The translations under genes and the position numbers were made by a program. Below are positions 48,832-49,649 of a stretch of 49,649 nt of DNA, one piece after another. Each line of letters starts with the position of its first letter. The first letter of the stretch is position 1. Source of the stretch: a candidate division Zixibacteria bacterium SM23_73_3 (GTDB taxonomy: Bacteria > Zixibacteria > MSB-5A5 > SM1-73); contig LJUX01000021.1 in the NCBI GenBank assembly GCA_001304155.1, positions 1 to 49,649 of the forward strand. Direction: 5' to 3'. The notes under the pieces are model-generated. The model was not told the origin of the DNA. It made no database searches and was given only the letters and a program-made list of their open reading frames with translations.

Positions 48832-49649
48832 TTATTCCTCAGTCTTGGAAGGGCTAAGATAGTCATTTGCCTTCTCAATTAAAGATGCCGCCCTTTTTGC
48901 GCCCACCCCTTCAATCTCTACCAGATCATCCACTCCACACTTAGCCAAATCCTGAATGGTTTCGATTCCATGTGCGGCCAGTTTTTCTCTCAGCTTCTTA
49001 CCCACCCCGGGTAATTCGGTAACGTATATCTTAAGTTGTTCCTCCAGCTTCTTCTGGTCTTTGTATTCGGTTTCGCTTAAGATATTGATTTTCCATCCGG
49101 TGAGCTTCGCTGCTAACCTGGCATTTTGTCCCGCCCTACCAATGGCCAAGGAAAGTCGGTCATCCTCCACCACAATGGTCATGCTGTTGTCGTCATGATA
49201 AGTATCTATGTGTACCACCTTGGCCGGTGCTAAGGCTCTAGTGGCGAAAGTTTCTGAATCCGGGCTCCAGGGCACTATATCAATCCTCTCACTGGAGAGT
49301 TCTCTGACGATGCTTTGCACTCGGGAGCCTTTTACCCCAACACAGGCGCCCACCGGATCCACCCGATCATCGATAGAGCTTACTGCAATTTTGGACCTCT
49401 CTCCCGGCTGTCGAGCCACAGCTTTGATTTCAATTATCTTTTCATAAATCTCCGGAACCTCCAGCTCAAAAAGCCTCTTTAAGAAATTGGGGTGCGCCCG
49501 GGAAAGGACGATTTGGGGTCCTTTGGCAGTTTTTTGCACGTCCACGATCAATGCTCGGATTCTGTCTCCCTGACGGTATCTCTCTTTGGGGATCTGTTCT
49601 CTGGGGGGGATTACCCCTTCCCCCCTTCCCATATTTACTATGATATGAC
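48832..49649 (-). CDS. nusA: transcription termination factor NusA (5' truncated by the window edge)
   Basis: LFELEVPEI, DPVGACVGVKGSRVQ, LAIGRAGQNARLA, C-terminal HhH domain; frame is open to the window end. Confidence 0.96.
   Translation of the reverse strand, partial: HIIVNMGRGEGVIPPREQIPKERYRQGDRIRALIVDVQKTAKGPQIVLSRAHPNFLKRLFELEVPEIYEKIIEIKAVARQPGERSKIAVSSIDDRVDPVGACVGVKGSRVQSIVRELSSERIDIVPWSPDSETFATRALAPAKVVHIDTYHDDNSMTIVVEDDRLSLAIGRAGQNARLAAKLTGWKINILSETEYKDQKKLEEQLKIYVTELPGVGKKLREKLAAHGIETIQDLAKCGVDDLVEIEGVGAKRAASLIEKANDYLSPSKTEE

Noticed and set aside
1157-49630. KOPS-like GGGNAGGG octamers pointing toward dif (1157, 1216, 17103 on +; 49615, 49623 on -)
   Set aside because: A reversed copy occurs at 14841, the count was not exhaustive, and the KOPS motif of this lineage is unknown. 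Not used as evidence.
1-49649. CRISPR arrays, rRNA, tRNA, transposases, retroelements
   Set aside because: No regularly spaced direct repeats, cloverleafs, or transposase/RT motifs were recognised by eye.

Overview
Core-genome window (roughly 40-45% GC by eye) from a diderm, selenocysteine-using, probably anaerobic bacterium. The gene repertoire looks Zixibacteria/FCB-like, but that taxonomy is an unverified inference. Left arm (+ strand): tgt-yajC-def-fmt, DUF116-RNase G, rplU, bamA-skp-lpxD, trxA-yccU-osmC, comEC, a type IV pilin, a serpin, a Sec-containing formate dehydrogenase locus, a FadL-like barrel and a GH57. Right arm (all - strand): leuS, asnS, and the nusA-infB-rbfA-truB-ribF-rpsO-pnp cluster. 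The two arms converge on a 28-bp XerCD dif site at 33578-33605, so the window probably spans the replication terminus. Most interesting signal: the SECIS hairpin after the formate dehydrogenase Sec codon has an A-GUU-U apex. The same apex recurs at nearly the same spacing (19th-21st nt) after the TGA of two small Cys-rich proteins, a zinc-ribbon protein and a SEC-C protein that is missing from the ORF track. Both are candidate C-terminal selenoproteins. Also seen: an in-frame TGA in the pilin, frameshifting deletions in bamA and leuS (probably assembly errors), and several GTAG-type REP doublets. No rRNA, tRNA, CRISPR array or transposase was recognised. All calls come from reading motifs by eye; no database searches were run.
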